Below, one piece after another: positions 12,823 to 31,799 of a stretch of 64,000 nt of DNA. The stretch's first letter is position 1, and each line of letters starts with the position of its first letter. Under the pieces are notes generated by a model. The model searched no databases. It saw only the letters and a list, made by a program, of their open reading frames with translations, and was not told where the DNA came from. The position numbers were made by a program, and so were the translations under genes. This DNA comes from the human T2T-CHM13v2.0 reference genome, Homo sapiens: the NCBI RefSeq assembly GCF_009914755.1, contig NC_060942.1; one strand, 5' to 3'.

Positions 12823-15153
12823 TTCATCCAAGAATAAAGAAACTTGTCCTAACTTAAAAACCCTCACAAGTCTGGGATATTTGGGCTTTCCTTCATCTGT
12901 ATACCTTAGGCGTTTAATTTACATTAGATACATGAATAATAATAAACAGTATCACTAAAATATGTTGAAACATTACTATCAATATTAACAATTGTGCTAT
13001 AAATTGATATCCTCAAAACCTCTTGGTTCAAAAAGTAAATAGATTTATCTGTGGATATAATGTCCTGAGAGCATTATTTATTTATTGGATTGCACCATAT
13101 TCACTTTTTAAAAAAACTCCATGAGAAAAGGGCTGAGTGGTCTCAGCATCAAGATTAATTGTGCATCTCCTGAGAAATTACTTTGATTTTGTCGTGTGGT
13201 CCCTGTGAATTGTGTACCTAACCAGGTTTACTTTTTTTAAAAAAAAAGTCTCCTTAGAATCAAATTAACAGCTCGATCATTAACTAATAAGTAACTTATT
13301 AGGTTAAACATATTGTGATCACTGTAAGCTGCAATCTATGTCTCATATTTTATTTATTCTTTCATTGCCATTATCAACTGCTATAATTTTGGTATATTTT
13401 CTATATTCTCACAAACCACCTTTTATTCATTCCAGAATAAGGCAGGGTATAAATAAATAGCCAAGCCACTAAATAAATGCATATGCACATACATATATAG
13501 GCACAAACATAAACAGAACAGACTAAAAGGGAAAATGTCTGAAGATTAAAGATGGCTCGTCTGTGTTTCAGTGTCAAAGAAAAATCTGAGAGAAGGTTGC
13601 GAAAATTGGTATCAGTAGGAAACGAGAATGGCATTTGTTACTTATTTTCCAGGGTCAGTTCAAAAATAAGGAGGATACTTCTTTAAGAGATTTCTGAACA
13701 CAAATATATTAGATTGCCTGACAAAGGTTCTTGAAATCAAAGAACTGATATATTATTCAAACAACTAAAATATAAGTAATCATAAATATACATGATCTTT
13801 CTAGTTATACTATTTTTGCTTTTCTACCAAAGTCTGAGTTAAATCTATGAAGCACAAAAATTATAGCAACTGAATTGGACCAAACTGCAAGACAAAATTT
13901 TAGTGTGGACATGACTTATTTCACTTTGTTTCACATGGTTATCCAGCCTTTTTGTCTTTTTTTATAGGAAAAGATCCACTCTGTCATCAGATGAGCCAGA
14001 GGGAGTCAGAAAAGGATTAGACATCTGAAAGACAGATAGGGATGAAACGCCTTTCCTATGCAAATTTATTATTTAGTGCTAGTTGTTTTGGTGACTAATT
14101 TTTTTCTGTTTTGTTAAATAATTATACTGTATGATTTCCAGTCTGCAAACGAGTTTTCTGAGGCTCTGGGCAAATGAGGTACATTGGAGCACATAGAGAA
14201 AGAGAGGAGGAGTGTCAGCTGCCTGCCATAGCTGATGGCAAGAAAACATCATTTATACCAGGAATTGGAACAGAGTTAGTTTCTCTGTATTGAGTTACCC
14301 ATTTTTCAAGCCATATGTTAGTAAGTGAAGGATTTTCAGCTTTTCAGCCTAAGATCCCAGGTTAGAGAACAATGATTCCCAAGCACAATCGAAAACTACA
14401 CACAATACTTACCCTTCTCTTAAAATTCAATAGTTTTAGTCCCCACTTTATGTTTCATAATGAAGTGAAACAGAGGCACTATGCATGTCTTAAAATGTAT
14501 ACAAACTGGTATCAACTTTATAAAATATATTCCTGTGTAATAACATTTCATAAATCTTGGGTAAATTTTATCTCTAAAAATGTAAAGTTTGGGACTTACA
14601 CATGGTGTTTTCCAATCCTCATCATACATCATACATCTTCATCCTTTAAATGAAAGTTCCATGGAAACAATGGACTGGAGTGGGTTTTGTTTTTCCTCCC
14701 AGGAATTACAAAAAGAAAAATACATTATTAGCTTGTAGCTCATTTGACTGCAGGATAAAAAGTGAAACCATTTTCAAGAAGCAGCTGATAAAGGACTAGA
14801 CTCATTAAAGTGAATTCAGAGGCTCATGGCTAAGTGGTAAAATATTTCAAAGGATCAAATTTAATAAACTAATAAGAAAGCTCAACGACTGCCATCTGTA
14901 CTGTGCACCAATTTAATTCAATGTTGCACACGTGGTAAACCTCTTAGCCCAACACTTGACAGTATAATTACCTCATTAAAGAAAGCATGTAAGTGTAGTG
15001 TAGAAATCTTGGTGGACTCAGGTTTTCCTAAGGAAATAAAAGCTTTATAGAATCTATTTTCCACTTGATAAGAGAACATTTAAGCTTAAAAATGTCACCA
15101 GGTTTTTTGGAGGGGAATGCAAAGGAACTCTTTTTTGGGTGGGGGTAATAAAA

Positions 15154-15155
<2 letters not shown>

Positions 15156-15197
<42 letters not shown>
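15156..15197. repeat. (AT)21 microsatellite
   Basis: Perfect dinucleotide run. Confidence 0.97.
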
Positions 15198-15199
<2 letters not shown>

Positions 15200-15379
15200 A
15201 ATTAGAAAAACATGACTATGTTTAGGTTTGTCTTATTCCCTACTGTTTGTTTTATTCCCTCTGCTACTATAACAGTAGCAGTTTCAAGCTTTGCTTTCCT
15301 TATGGAGTAAAACATATATTAACATAAAATAGAATAAAAGGATTCAGTTAACACTGAAATGAAAACATCCTCCAGGTAA

Positions 15380-15562
15380 GGGAATCTCAACACCTGTTGC
15401 ACATTAGAATCACTTGGGAACCTTTCAAAATTACTGATGCCTGCATCTCATCCCCAAGATTCTGGTTTTATATGATGTAGGAACCACATTTAGATATCAG
15501 TACTTTTAAAAAGATTTCCAGATTACTGTAATATATAACCGGGGGGTGAGAAATCACTGCTC
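15380..15562. mobile_element. MER5B/MER5A MITE
   Basis: GCACATTAGAATCACTTGGGAACCTT...GAGAAATCACTG. Confidence 0.75.
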
Positions 15563-15669
15563 TAAGTCACGATGTCATGTGCTGGAGCACTTTTGAGAGT
15601 AAAAGAAGCCCCGCAAATACACCTGGATTAAAGAGTAAACTGCCACTGTCATGGGCAAACTAGGACGTA

Positions 15670-16010
15670 GGGTCACCTACCTCATTTCCAATGCTAAATA
15701 TATCTACAGTGTTTCTGATAAGAGATAGTTCAGTCTTCACATTATTAGCTACACAAAAGAAAATTCCATATCTCCCAAGACAACATCTCATATCCTTTGA
15801 CAGTTAGAATATACTCTCTATCAGTTCTACCCATTATTTCCTGAGTTCACCCGTAAGGGATTAACTCCTCTTCCAGAGACAGGCCCTTAAGATATTTGAA
15901 GATGTGTGTTAATGTTCCCTCCTTAGCATTTTCTCTTCTGAAGCCAAAATTTTCACCTCCTGATTAAATACTCTTCAGTTTCTCAGGACTTGTCTCATGT
16001 TATAATTTTG
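15670..16010 (-). mobile_element. L3/CR1 fragment
   Basis: CCTTAAGATATTTGAAGA...TTCTCTTCTGAAGCCAAA resembles antisense CR1/L3 3' ORF2. Confidence 0.6.
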
Positions 16011-16011
16011 A

Positions 16012-16283
<272 letters not shown>

Positions 16284-16987
16284 GTTTTCTTATCTTTATG
16301 GTTGCTCCCATATGAAGATTTTCAAGTTTGTTTATTGCATCTTATAAGGCAGAGCCAATGTAAGGATCCTGTAATGATTATTATTTGATATATAATAATA
16401 TATACACAACATTTAAGTAAAGATTTGTTAGAAGAATAAAGGCTGTATTATTATTTGAGCTGCTCAAACCTCTTCTCCACCAGCCAGCAGAATTGTAGAC
16501 ACCCTAATAAATAGGCCTTATGGCTATGAGGAAGAAAAGGGCTCATTAGTTTGTAACTTGTTTATCCTCAGGGATGCCTAAGGCAATTTTCATGCCAACC
16601 AGAGCTCCTTGCAAATACTGACTGATGGAATTTACTAGCAAAAGGATGAATGAGAGACCTGAGGAGTTGCTCTGTAATAATTTCTTATCTAGGACTGCTT
16701 TTAGCTGCATATATCTGGTCTGTCTACATTTTTAAAAATAAATTATTCTATAATTTATGGGCTGCCACTAGACTGAATAATAGATAGTTATTTGATTAAA
16801 CAGGGCTATGGAGTTGCAAAACATAAAATGTAAGAGATCCCAAAACTCAAAAGACTTCCCTCTACCAGCTTGCCTTCTATGCAGTTAGCATTACTTATCC
16901 CCAAACTAAACTGCATCCAAGTGCTGCAAAAGAAGCTCAAAGAACGATGTCTGAAAGAGTCAGGTCTCCTAGATATCTTGTTGCTCG

Positions 16988-17305
<318 letters not shown>

Positions 17306-17359
17306 TGAAAACTTGGCTTTCGTTTCCAACTTTCCCTCTGGGCATGGCTCTTTTTGGAA

Positions 17360-21550
<4,191 letters not shown>

Positions 21551-21699
21551 TTGGATGGAGTTTTTATGGGGTCTTTTTTGTTGATGTTGTTGTTGTTGCT
21601 TTCTGTTTGTTTGTTCTTCTTATAACAGGCAGGTCCCTGTTTTGCAGGTCTGCTGCAGTTTTCTGGGGGGTCTACTCTAGACCATGTTCACCTGGGTAT
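21551..21699 (-). mobile_element. L1PA(13-16-like) 5'UTR fragment, out of order
   Basis: GGATGGAGTTTTTATGGGGTC...CAGGTCTGCTGCAGTT...CACCTGGGTAT is antisense L1PA 5'UTR just upstream of ORF1. Confidence 0.7.
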
Positions 21700-24600
21700 T
21701 GAGTTGATTTTTGTATATGGTGGAAGGAAGAGGCCCAGTTTCAATTTTCTGCATATGGCTAGCCAGTAATCCCAGCACCATTTATTGAATAGGGGGGTCC
21801 ATCCTCCATTGCTCGTTTTTGTCAGCTTGGTCGAAGATCAGATGGTTGTAGGTGTGTGGCTTTATTTCTGGGCTCTCTATTCTGTTCCATTGATCTATAT
21901 GCCTGTTTTTGTACCAGTACCATGTTGTTTTGGTTACTATAGCCCTGTAGTATAGTTTGAAGTTGGGTAACATGATGCCTCCAGCTTTGGTCTTTTAGCT
22001 TAGGATTGCCTTGGCTATTCAGGCTCTTTAAAAATTGCATACGAATTTGAAAATAGTGTTTTTAAATTATGTGAATAATTTCAATGGTAGTTTGATAGGA
22101 ATAGCATTAGATCTATAAATTGCTTTGGGCAATATGGCCATTTTAATGATGTTGATTTTTCCTTTCCATGAGCATGGAATGTTTTCCCATTTGATTGTGT
22201 CATCTCTGATTTCTCTGAGCAGTGTTTTGTAATTATCATTGTAGAGATCTTTCACCTCCCTAGTTAGCTGTATTTCTAGGTATTTTATTCTTCTTGTAGC
22301 AGTTGTGAATGGGATTTCATTCCTGATTTGGCGCTCAGGTTGGCTGTTGTTGGTTTATAGGAATGCTAGTTATTTTTGTACATAAATTTTGTATCCTGAG
22401 ACTTTGCTGTAGTTTTTTTTTTCCCAATACTTCTAGTTCTGGGATGCATGTGCAGAATGTGCAGGTTTGTTACATAGATGTACATGTGCCATTATGGTTT
22501 GCTGCATCCATCAACCCATCATCTACATTAAGTATTTCTCCTAATGCTATCCCTCCCCTAGCCCTCCATCTGCCAATAGGCTCTGGTCTGTGATGTTCCC
22601 CTTCCTGTGTCCAAGTGTTCTCATTATTCAACTCCCACTTATGAGTGAGAACATGCAGTGTTTGGTTTTCTGTTATTGTGTTAGTTTGCTGAGGATAATG
22701 GTTTCCAGCTTCATCCATGTCCCTGCAAAGGACATGAACTCATCCTTTTTTATGGCTGCATAGTATTCCATGGTGTATATGTGCCACATTTTCTTTATCC
22801 AATGTATCATTGCTGTAGTTGTCTAACAGCTTAAGGATTTTTTATTTGCTATGGAATTTTCTAGATATAGAATCACGTAGTCTGCAAACAGCGATAGTTT
22901 GACTTCCTATTTTGATGCCTGTCTTCCTATTTTGATGCCATTTACTTCATTCTCTTGTCTGATTTCTCTGGTCAGGACTTCTAATACCATATTGAATAGG
23001 AGTGTTGAGAGAGAACATCCTCATCTTGTGTCAGTTTTTGCCCATTAAGTATGTTGTTAGGTGTGGGTTTGTCATAGATGGCTTTTATTATTTTGAGGTA
23101 TGTTTCTTCAATACCTAGTTTATTAGAGTTTTTAACATAAAGGGATGTTGAATTTTATTAAAAGCTTTTTTGCATCTATTGAGATAATTGTGTAGTTTTT
23201 GTATTGAATTCTGTTTTTGTGATGAATCACATTTATTGATTTGTGTATGTTGAACCAACCTTGCATACCAGGGATAAAGCCCACTTGATCATGTTGGATT
23301 AGCTTTTAGATGTGCAGCTGGATTTGGTTTGCTAGTATTTTGTTGAGGATTTTTGCATCAATGCTCATCAAAGATGTTGACCTGAAGTTTTCTTTTTTTG
23401 TTGTTTATCTGAAAGGTTTTGGTATTAGGATAATGAAAGCCTCATTGAATGAATTGGGAGAGCATCCCTCCTCTTCAATTTTTTGGAATAGTTTCAGTAG
23501 GAGTGGTACCAGCTCTTCTTTGTACATGTGCTAGAATCTGCTAGAATCTGGTCATGGGCTTATTTTGGTTGGTAGGCTATTACTGATTCAAGTTTGGAGC
23601 TTGTTATTGTCTGTTCAGGGATTCAGTTTCTTCCTGGTTCAGTCTTGGGAAGGTGTATGTTTCCAGGAGTTTGTCCATTTCTGTTAGATTTTCTAGTTTG
23701 TTTGCATAGAAGTGTTTATAGTAGTCTCTGATAGTTATTTATGTATTTTTTGAAGTCAGTGGTAACATCCTCTTTGTCATTTCTAATTGTGTTATTTTTG
23801 GATCTTCTCTCTTTTTTATTAGTCTAGCTAGCCTTATATCTTATTAATTTTTTTCAAAAAAAACCAACTCCTGGATTTATTGATCTTTTGAATGGTTGTC
23901 TGAGTCTCAATCTCCTTCAGTTCAGCTCTGACTTTGGTTACTTCTTGTCTTCTGCTAGCTTTGGGATTAGTATGCTCATTATTCTCTGGTTCTTTTTGTT
24001 GTGATGTTACGTTGCCAATTTGTGATCTTTGTAACTTTCTGATATGGGCACTTAGTGTTACAAATTTCTCTCTTAATTCTGCCTTAGCTGTGTGGCAGAG
24101 ATTCTGGTATGGTTTATCTTTGTTCTCTTTAGTTTCAAAGAATTTCTTAATTTTTGCCTTAATTTCATTATTTACCCCAAAGTCATTCAGAAGTAGGTTG
24201 TAAATTTCTATGCAATTGCATGGTTTTGAGCAATTTTCTTAGTCTTGATTTCTATTTTTATTGTGCTGTTGTCCAGGAGAGTGGTTGGTATGATTTTGGT
24301 TCTTTTACATTTGCTGAAGAATGTTTTATGTCCAATTGGGTGGTCGATTTTATAGTACGTGCCTTGCAGTGATGAGAAGAATGTATATTCTGTTGTTTTT
24401 GGGTGCAGAGTTTTGCGGATTTCTATCAGGTCCATTTTGTCCAGTATTGAGGTCAGGTCCTGAATATGTTTATTAATTTTCTGCCTCAGTGATTTGTGTA
24501 ATACTGTCAATGGGGTTGTGTGGCAGTCTAAGTCTCTCTGATAGTTTCTAAGAACTTGCTTTATGAATCTGGATGCTCCTGTGTTGAGTGCACATATATT

Positions 24601-25590
24601 TAGGATAGTCACATCTTCTTGTTAAATTGCAGCCTTTACCACTGTGTAATGCCCTTCTTTGTCTTTTTTGATCTTTTTTGGTTTAATGTCTGCTTTGTGT
24701 AAAATTAGGATTGCAACCATTGTTTTTTTTTTTCTCTTTTCCATTTGCTTCTTAGAGTTTCCTCCAATGCTTTATTTTGAGCCTATAGATATCATTGCAA
24801 GTCAGATGGGTCTCTTGAAGACAGCATACCATTGGGTCTTGCTTCTTTATCCAGCTTGCCACGCTGTGCCTTTTAATTGGGGCATTTAGTCCATTTAAAT
24901 TCAAGGTTAGTATTGATATGTGTGGATTTGATCCTATCATTATGTTGTTTTCTGGTTGTTATGCAGATTTGTTTGTGTGGTTGCTTTACAGTATCACTGG
25001 TCTGTGTACTTAAGTGAATTTTTGTAGTGGCTGGTAATAATATTTCCTTTCCATATTTAGTGCTTCTTTCAGGAGCTCTTGTAAGGCAGGTCTGGTGGTA
25101 ATGAGTTCCCGTAACATTTGCTTGTCTATAAAGAATCTTATGTCTTCTTCACTTATGTTTAGTTTGACTGGATACAAAATTCTGTGTTGGAATTTCTTCT
25201 TTAAGAATGTTGAATATAGGACCTTGATATCTTCTCACTTGTGGGGTTTCTGCTGAGAGGTCCACTGTTAGTCTGATGTGCTTCTCTTTGTAGGTGACAT
25301 GATCTTTCGTTCTAGATGCCATTAACTTTTTTTTTCTGACCTTGGGGAATCTGATGATTATATGTCTTGGGGCTGATCTTCTTGTGAAGTATTTTGCAGG
25401 TGTTTTTCACATTTCCTGGTTAAATCTGGCTTCTCTAGCTAGGTTGGGGAGGTTCTCATGGATGATAACCTGAAATATATTGTCTAAATTGCTTCTATTC
25501 TCCCTATCTCTTTCAGGGACACCAGTGATTCATAGATTTGGCCTCTTTTTATAATCCCATATTACTCAGAAGTTTTGTTCATTCTTATTC
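21700..25590 (-). mobile_element. L1PA(13-16-like) internal segment from mid-ORF1 to late ORF2, without 3'UTR or poly(A)
   Basis: ORF track: MIGSNPHISILTLNLNGLNAPIKRH (ORF2 start), [16 protein letters not shown]. Confidence 0.9.
22415..22809 (-). mobile_element. L1PA7-like 3' fragment nested in L1
   Basis: TSD TTGCTGTAGTT at 22404-22414 and 22810-22820; L1PA 3'UTR. Confidence 0.9.
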
Positions 25591-25972
25591 TTCTGCTTCT
25601 TTGTACTAAATTAGTGTTTTCTAGATTATATATGTTACAAACCTAATGATATATTGTTATAATTATTACTTTGTACAACTTTATGTCCTTTAAAGAAGCT
25701 GAGAAAAGAAAGAAGAGCAATTAAATATTTATGCCTTGTTATATTAACCTTTTTAGTTCTCTTCATTTGTTCCAGTGAATTCCAGGTACTATTGGTATCA
25801 TTTAATTATTCCAATACTGTTTTGCTCTAATTCACCTTATTTGTGATATTTTCTAATATATCACATTTCTATGTGTTACAGGCCCAATAATACAGTTATA
25901 TACATATTATTCATATGATTGCTTTTAAGTCAGTTAAGAAATTTGCAAATATAGTTTTTAAAAATAATTACA

Positions 25973-26331
<359 letters not shown>

Positions 26332-27907
26332 TTATCATGTGGACTTGAACTATGGTCTGAGTTCACTTTCATTTAGAACTTTAATGTTTGTTACAAGGAA
26401 TATCTGCTTACAACAAATTCTGTCCATTTTTGTTTATTTGAAGATGCTTTTATTTCACTGTCATTTTTTAAAGTTAGTTTTCTTGGATATATGATTATTT
26501 CTCGACAGGGTTTTTTTTTCCTTTCAATTTATTACTTTACTTTGAATTTGACTTTCCACTGCCTCTGTCCTCCATTGTTTCTAATGAGAAGTCAGCTGCA
26601 AATATTTCAAAGCAAATATTAAATATTAATATTAAATATTACAGTTTACTTGAAGTGATGGGTTGTTTTTCTCTTGCTGTTCTCAGAATTTTCTCTTTGC
26701 CATTGTCTTTCAACATTTTGAACATAATTTTCTGGATGTGAACATCTTTTGCATTTATCCTACTTGAAGTTTCCTGAGCTCCTTGGATTTGCAGATTAAT
26801 ATTTGTTTTTTATTAAATGTAGAAAGTTACCAGCCACTATATCTCCATTATGTCTTTATTTTTGTACCCCTTTCTTCCTCTCCTCTCCTTCCTGTAGTCC
26901 TACTATATCTATGTTGTTGCACTAAACGTTGTCTGACATTTCTTTGAAACTCTGTTCATTTCTATTCGTTCTGTTTTTTCATATTCTTCATATTTCATAT
27001 TCTCTAATAATCAGTCTTCAACATCACACATTCTTTTGCCAGTTCAAACATACCATTGAGCCCCTCTATTAAATTATTAACTTTGTTTATTGTAGTTTTC
27101 AACTTGAGAATTTTCACTTAGTTTTTAAAAAAGTAATTTATTTCCTTCTTTATTGACATTCTTTACATGATGAAACATTGTCATCATACCTTTTTCTTTT
27201 TAAGGCACGGTTTCCTTTAGTTCCTTGAACATATTTTTAATATTTGCTTTGAAATTTGTCTGCTGAGTCTAACGTGTAGATTCTCTCAAAGGCAGGTACT
27301 ATTGCCTTTTTAAATTTTCTCTACAATTTACAGTTTTTACTTCTATGCACATCTCATAATTTTTTGTTGAAAACTGGCCATTTTATATAATATTGAACTC
27401 TGAATACCTATTCTTTCTTTCTTGGGGCTATGGGTTGTTGTTATTTTGTTTGCTTGTTTATTTGTTTAGTTACTTAGTTGGAGTACTTTAGTGAATTTCA
27501 TTTCCCCCCCAGTGTGCATTCCCTGATGTCAGTTCAGGAGGGGAATCTTGGGCATATACATATACATCTTAGGATGAAAGTTCTTTTAAAAAGGCAATTT
27601 TTTACTATCTCTTTCTCTGATATCTCTAGTAAGCTACATATTTCTGTTAGCGTCACACTGAGTGGTTAGCCTCCATTAACTGGTGGCTGATCATGTTATT
27701 ATTTCCATTAATTCCCTGGACATAAGTTGCTCCATAGTCTGATCCAATTAAATTTGGGCCCCTTTGCCAGGTTAATCTTTGAAGCCAGCCTGTGAGGTTT
27801 GTTCCAACCCAACAACTATCTCTTTCCCTGATTCTTTTTATTAATCTTCTGGCTAACTATCATTTAGCTCTCCTGGTACTACCAGCCTCTTCTTAATTGC
27901 TTACAGC

Positions 27908-28460
27908 TCATTAACCATGTCTTTCTGTATTCCAACATTTTCATCTGGGGGCTTTTCTGATCCTGTAGGGAATGCCCATAACCAGGGTTAATCAATTACT
28001 AGAGATAGTAAACAACTCATGTGGGAGCACACTTTTCAAATGCAAACCAGCCAATTCATAGCCCATACCCCTAACCACCTCTCTTAGAAGGCTCTCAAAC
28101 TGACTCTACTATTCATCTGTCCTAATCATCCCAGAGCCAAGTATCAGAAGTCTAGGGACATTTTTTATATCCCAGAGCTCACTGAAATTATTTAAACTAA
28201 CCAATCTTAAGCCTGTTTACCATCCCTTACTCTTTTCCCCATAGAAAACACAATAAAGGCTCTAGTCACACTTTTCCCTGCTTCCTCAGGTCCTGAACAA
28301 CTCCAGTGTTTCCCTGTGTGGCCTCCTTGTTTGGTGTACCATGCCTCCCATTTCCAGGAATCTATAAATATAATAAACTTATTATTTCATGACAACCAAT
28401 TCTGGTGTCTTCCCATCTTACCATGCCTGATTAAAACAAATCCAGGGTACTCTTGGTACT
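27908..28460 (+). mobile_element. MER74A-like ERVL solo LTR
   Basis: ATTAACCATG...CTAGAGATAGTAAAC...ATGCAAACCAGCCAAT...CACAATAAAGGCTCT. Confidence 0.8.
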
Positions 28461-28763
28461 CATCTATTTTTTTCAATAGTGCCCAGAATATTGAACTATA
28501 CCAAATAAAGTCAGTTCCCTTGAAATAAGCTGTGGAACTCCCTGCTCTTACAGAATGCCCCTCCACCTGGGAAAAATCTCCATAGCCCTGCTCTATAGGA
28601 CAATTTCCAAAGTATTCAAGAGCTTGGGTGATTTTTCTTCTATAATTTTTATCAGTTATGGTTGTTTAATTAGGGAAAGGATTCACAGAGTTTTTCATGC
28701 ACCATTCTGGAAGTTACCACTCAGGCAGTCTTTGAGTTTCCTTGGCTTCAGGCTTTAATCTTA

Positions 28764-29177
28764 TGTATTTTGCCATTCTTGCATTGCTATGAAGAAATGC
28801 CTGCGACTGGGTAATTTATAAAGAAAAGAGATTTAATTGGCTTATGCTTTTGCAGGTTGTACAAGCATCGGGTTGGCATCTGCTCAGCTTCTGAGGAGGC
28901 CTCAGGGAGCTTTTACTCATGGTGGAAGGCAAAAGGGGAACAGCCATGTCACATGGCAAAAGCTGGAATAAGAGAGGTGAGGAGCCTCATACTTTTAAAC
29001 AACCAGATCACATGAAAACTTACTATTGCGAGTTACAGCACGAAGAGGATGGTGCTAAACCAATCATGAGAAATCTGCCCCAATGATCCAATTACCTCCC
29101 ACCAGGCCCTGCTTCCAACATTGAGGACTATATTTCAACATGATATTTGGGCAGGGACAAATATCCAAACTATTTCA
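28764..29177 (-). mobile_element. MSTA/MSTB MaLR LTR
   Basis: TGTATT...CTGGGTAATTTATAAAGAAAAGAG...GGGACAAATATCCAAACTATTTCA. Confidence 0.9.
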
Positions 29178-29276
29178 CCTTGCAATCTAGCTTATACCTA
29201 CTTCTGGCTCTTAGAAATCTATCTAGGTCTAGAAGTCTGTTTTCTACTTGTCCACAAGAACAGTTTGACACTCAGT

Positions 29277-29656
29277 CCTCCTTAGTCAGCTTGGATTGCT
29301 ATAACAAAATATGACATATTGGGTGGCTTAAATAGCAGACATTTGCTTCTCACAGTTTTGGGAGCTGGGAAGTCCCGTATCAAGGTGCCAATACATTCAG
29401 TTCTTAATGATATGGCTCTTCTTAGTTTGCATATGGCCACCTTCTCACTGTGTCTTCACTTGTGGGGCAGGGGGAGAGAGAGCTCTGGTGTCTCTTCCTC
29501 ATCTTATAAGGACACTAGTCCTACAAGGCTCCATCCTCATGAGCTCATCTAAACATAATTACCTCCCAAAGGCCCCACCTCCAAATAAAATCACGTTGGA
29601 AGTTGGGACCTCAACATGTAAATCAAGGGGGGGATACAAATTAGCAGTCCATGGCA
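29277..29656 (-). mobile_element. MLT1A0-like MaLR LTR
   Basis: CTTAGTC...GGGTGGCTTAAA...TACCTCCCAAAGGCCCCACCTCCAAATA. Confidence 0.85.
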
Positions 29657-30689
29657 TCTTTAATCGAAATATTTACATTAAAGACCCTTTATATTTCTGT
29701 GTAACTAAATACAATATTTGGCTCTTTCTTTTGAGGTCTTCACAATCAGTGAGATTTGAGAATACTTCAAACTTATTTTGGTACATACACTTCCAATGTT
29801 CACTATGAATTTAAGATTATATTTGAAAATTTCTTACCTGATATTTTAAAAATAAATTGTATTGGTCCTGGCATAAATATGCTTACCTACATAAAAGGCT
29901 GGGAGCATCACCACAGATTTATTCTATTAAATGCTAGATTCAGAAAAATAAAGGCAAGGAAACTATTTGGTCCTATATCATTGCATATTGACTTATAATG
30001 TGCCTAAGGAAGTTAATATTATCAAAAAATCTTGTCAAATTATAACATATGCCATATAAAATGTACTGTACTTGCAGAATGTCAAGTAAATTAGTAGAAT
30101 GCATGAAGTAAAATGTGTGATGAGGATAAGGGCAGTAGAGACAGAAATAAATTATGAAAAGAAAGAAGAAAACAAGTGCCTTAAGTATAATTTATTAGTC
30201 TTAGTTTATCAAATCCTATTTCAGCTCTTAAAAATTATTATTTAAAAAACCCAACAGTCCACAAAATTGAATGAAAATAAGAAAACTCAAACATGCCCAT
30301 GCCTTTTTCTCACCATTTCTTCTATTCGTCATTTCTAAATATAACCAGTGAGCAGGTGCTGTTCCTACTAGCCTGAAAAAGTCAATGCAGATTCCAAGAA
30401 CCAACTTCACACTCACCAATAAATGAATGTCTTCTCATTGCCTAAGGATCCATTTGAATGTATCTAGGACTGATTATTGATTTGCTGAGCTCCAACTATA
30501 TGTCTGTCATTGTACAGGGCGTGTGGAACATATGGTAAAAGCATGATACAAGGCCTCTAGTCTTAAACATTTTATGTTCTATTTGAGAAGAGAACTTTAA
30601 TTGAAAAAGGATTTAATCATATAGAATATAACACAAATATATTGTACATAGTAATGAAGATCATTGTATGCTGAGATAGCTAAGAAATC

Positions 30690-30915
30690 AAATCTTTAAT
30701 TAGGCTATAAATCAGAAAACATTGTTTTAAATCTGGTTTCCACTACTTCCCAGTGGTATGATTTTAGGGAAATCACCTCATTTCTCTGACTCTTGGTCTC
30801 CTCATCTGAAAAGGTCAGTGATAGTACTTATGTCAGAGGTTTCTTTGGAAGATAAAAGATGAGGCACTAGAAATGTAATGCGTGACATAAATAAGCCATG
30901 TGATCAGCATTAGTT
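30690..30915 (+). mobile_element. MIR (within L2 remnants ~30470-30990)
   Basis: MIR core CCACTACTTCCCAG...CTCCTCATCTG. Confidence 0.6.
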
Positions 30916-31799
30916 GAATTAGAAGATGAGAAGGATCTGGACAGGCTAAAATAAAGCAGGCAGATATTTCTAGGAGAAGCAAAACATAAATGTAAAATGT
31001 CAAACTTTAGGATATAAATAAATAACTTGTTTTCTCTTTTGTTTTAGACTAACATATATTGAAAATTTTGGTAGTCCTGTTAATTCGAATCACCAACACA
31101 TTAATTTCTCAGTTGTATCAGAAATATTTTCTCTGGAAATATTTGCTAAATCTGTGCCAGTTCTGAATATTTTTGGCAGGAAGGGTGGGGACTATTTGGA
31201 CCATTGTATCTTTTCAGATCTCTACTTAGAACTCTGTAAAATATTGCATACTCAAAATGGAATTCAAAGCCTGTAATTATGTATCAGCTCATAAGTAATT
31301 TTCTGAATTGTCACCTTTTCCTAATTTTGGATTGTGTTTTCTATTTCGAAATGAAATGTTGGCATGCCTACTATTTTTTTCTTCTTCAAATCTGGATGCC
31401 CAACTGTCGAACTTCTAAAATTTTACTTCCTACAGCGGAATGAACATGTTCTTAAATACACTTTTAAATTTTTGCTCTGAGTTATTTTGCCAAAGCAAGG
31501 GAGTCTTTATGACAGAAGAGAGTTGCTTGCAACAAACAAAGAAGGAAGAAGGAATTTTTCCAAACACAGGCATTTTATAAATTACCTAATACGTGCAAGA
31601 GGTTATTGAAGCTGTCTTTTCAAGAGCTTACACGATCTCTTTGGCTTTTTTTATCTTTCACATTTTAAATTTTGCTGCTGTCATGTGTATTTAGAGTCAC
31701 ATTATTTAAATGCAGCCATAAATAAGCAGATTTTGCAAAAGATTCAAATCTGTAGCATTTTTAGCTCACAAACAGTTCCAATAGTGGTGTGTAATTGGA

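Noticed and set aside
24208-24940. ORFs with endonuclease-like sequence
   Set aside because: These are fragments of L1 ORF2 broken by stops and frameshifts; no active element.
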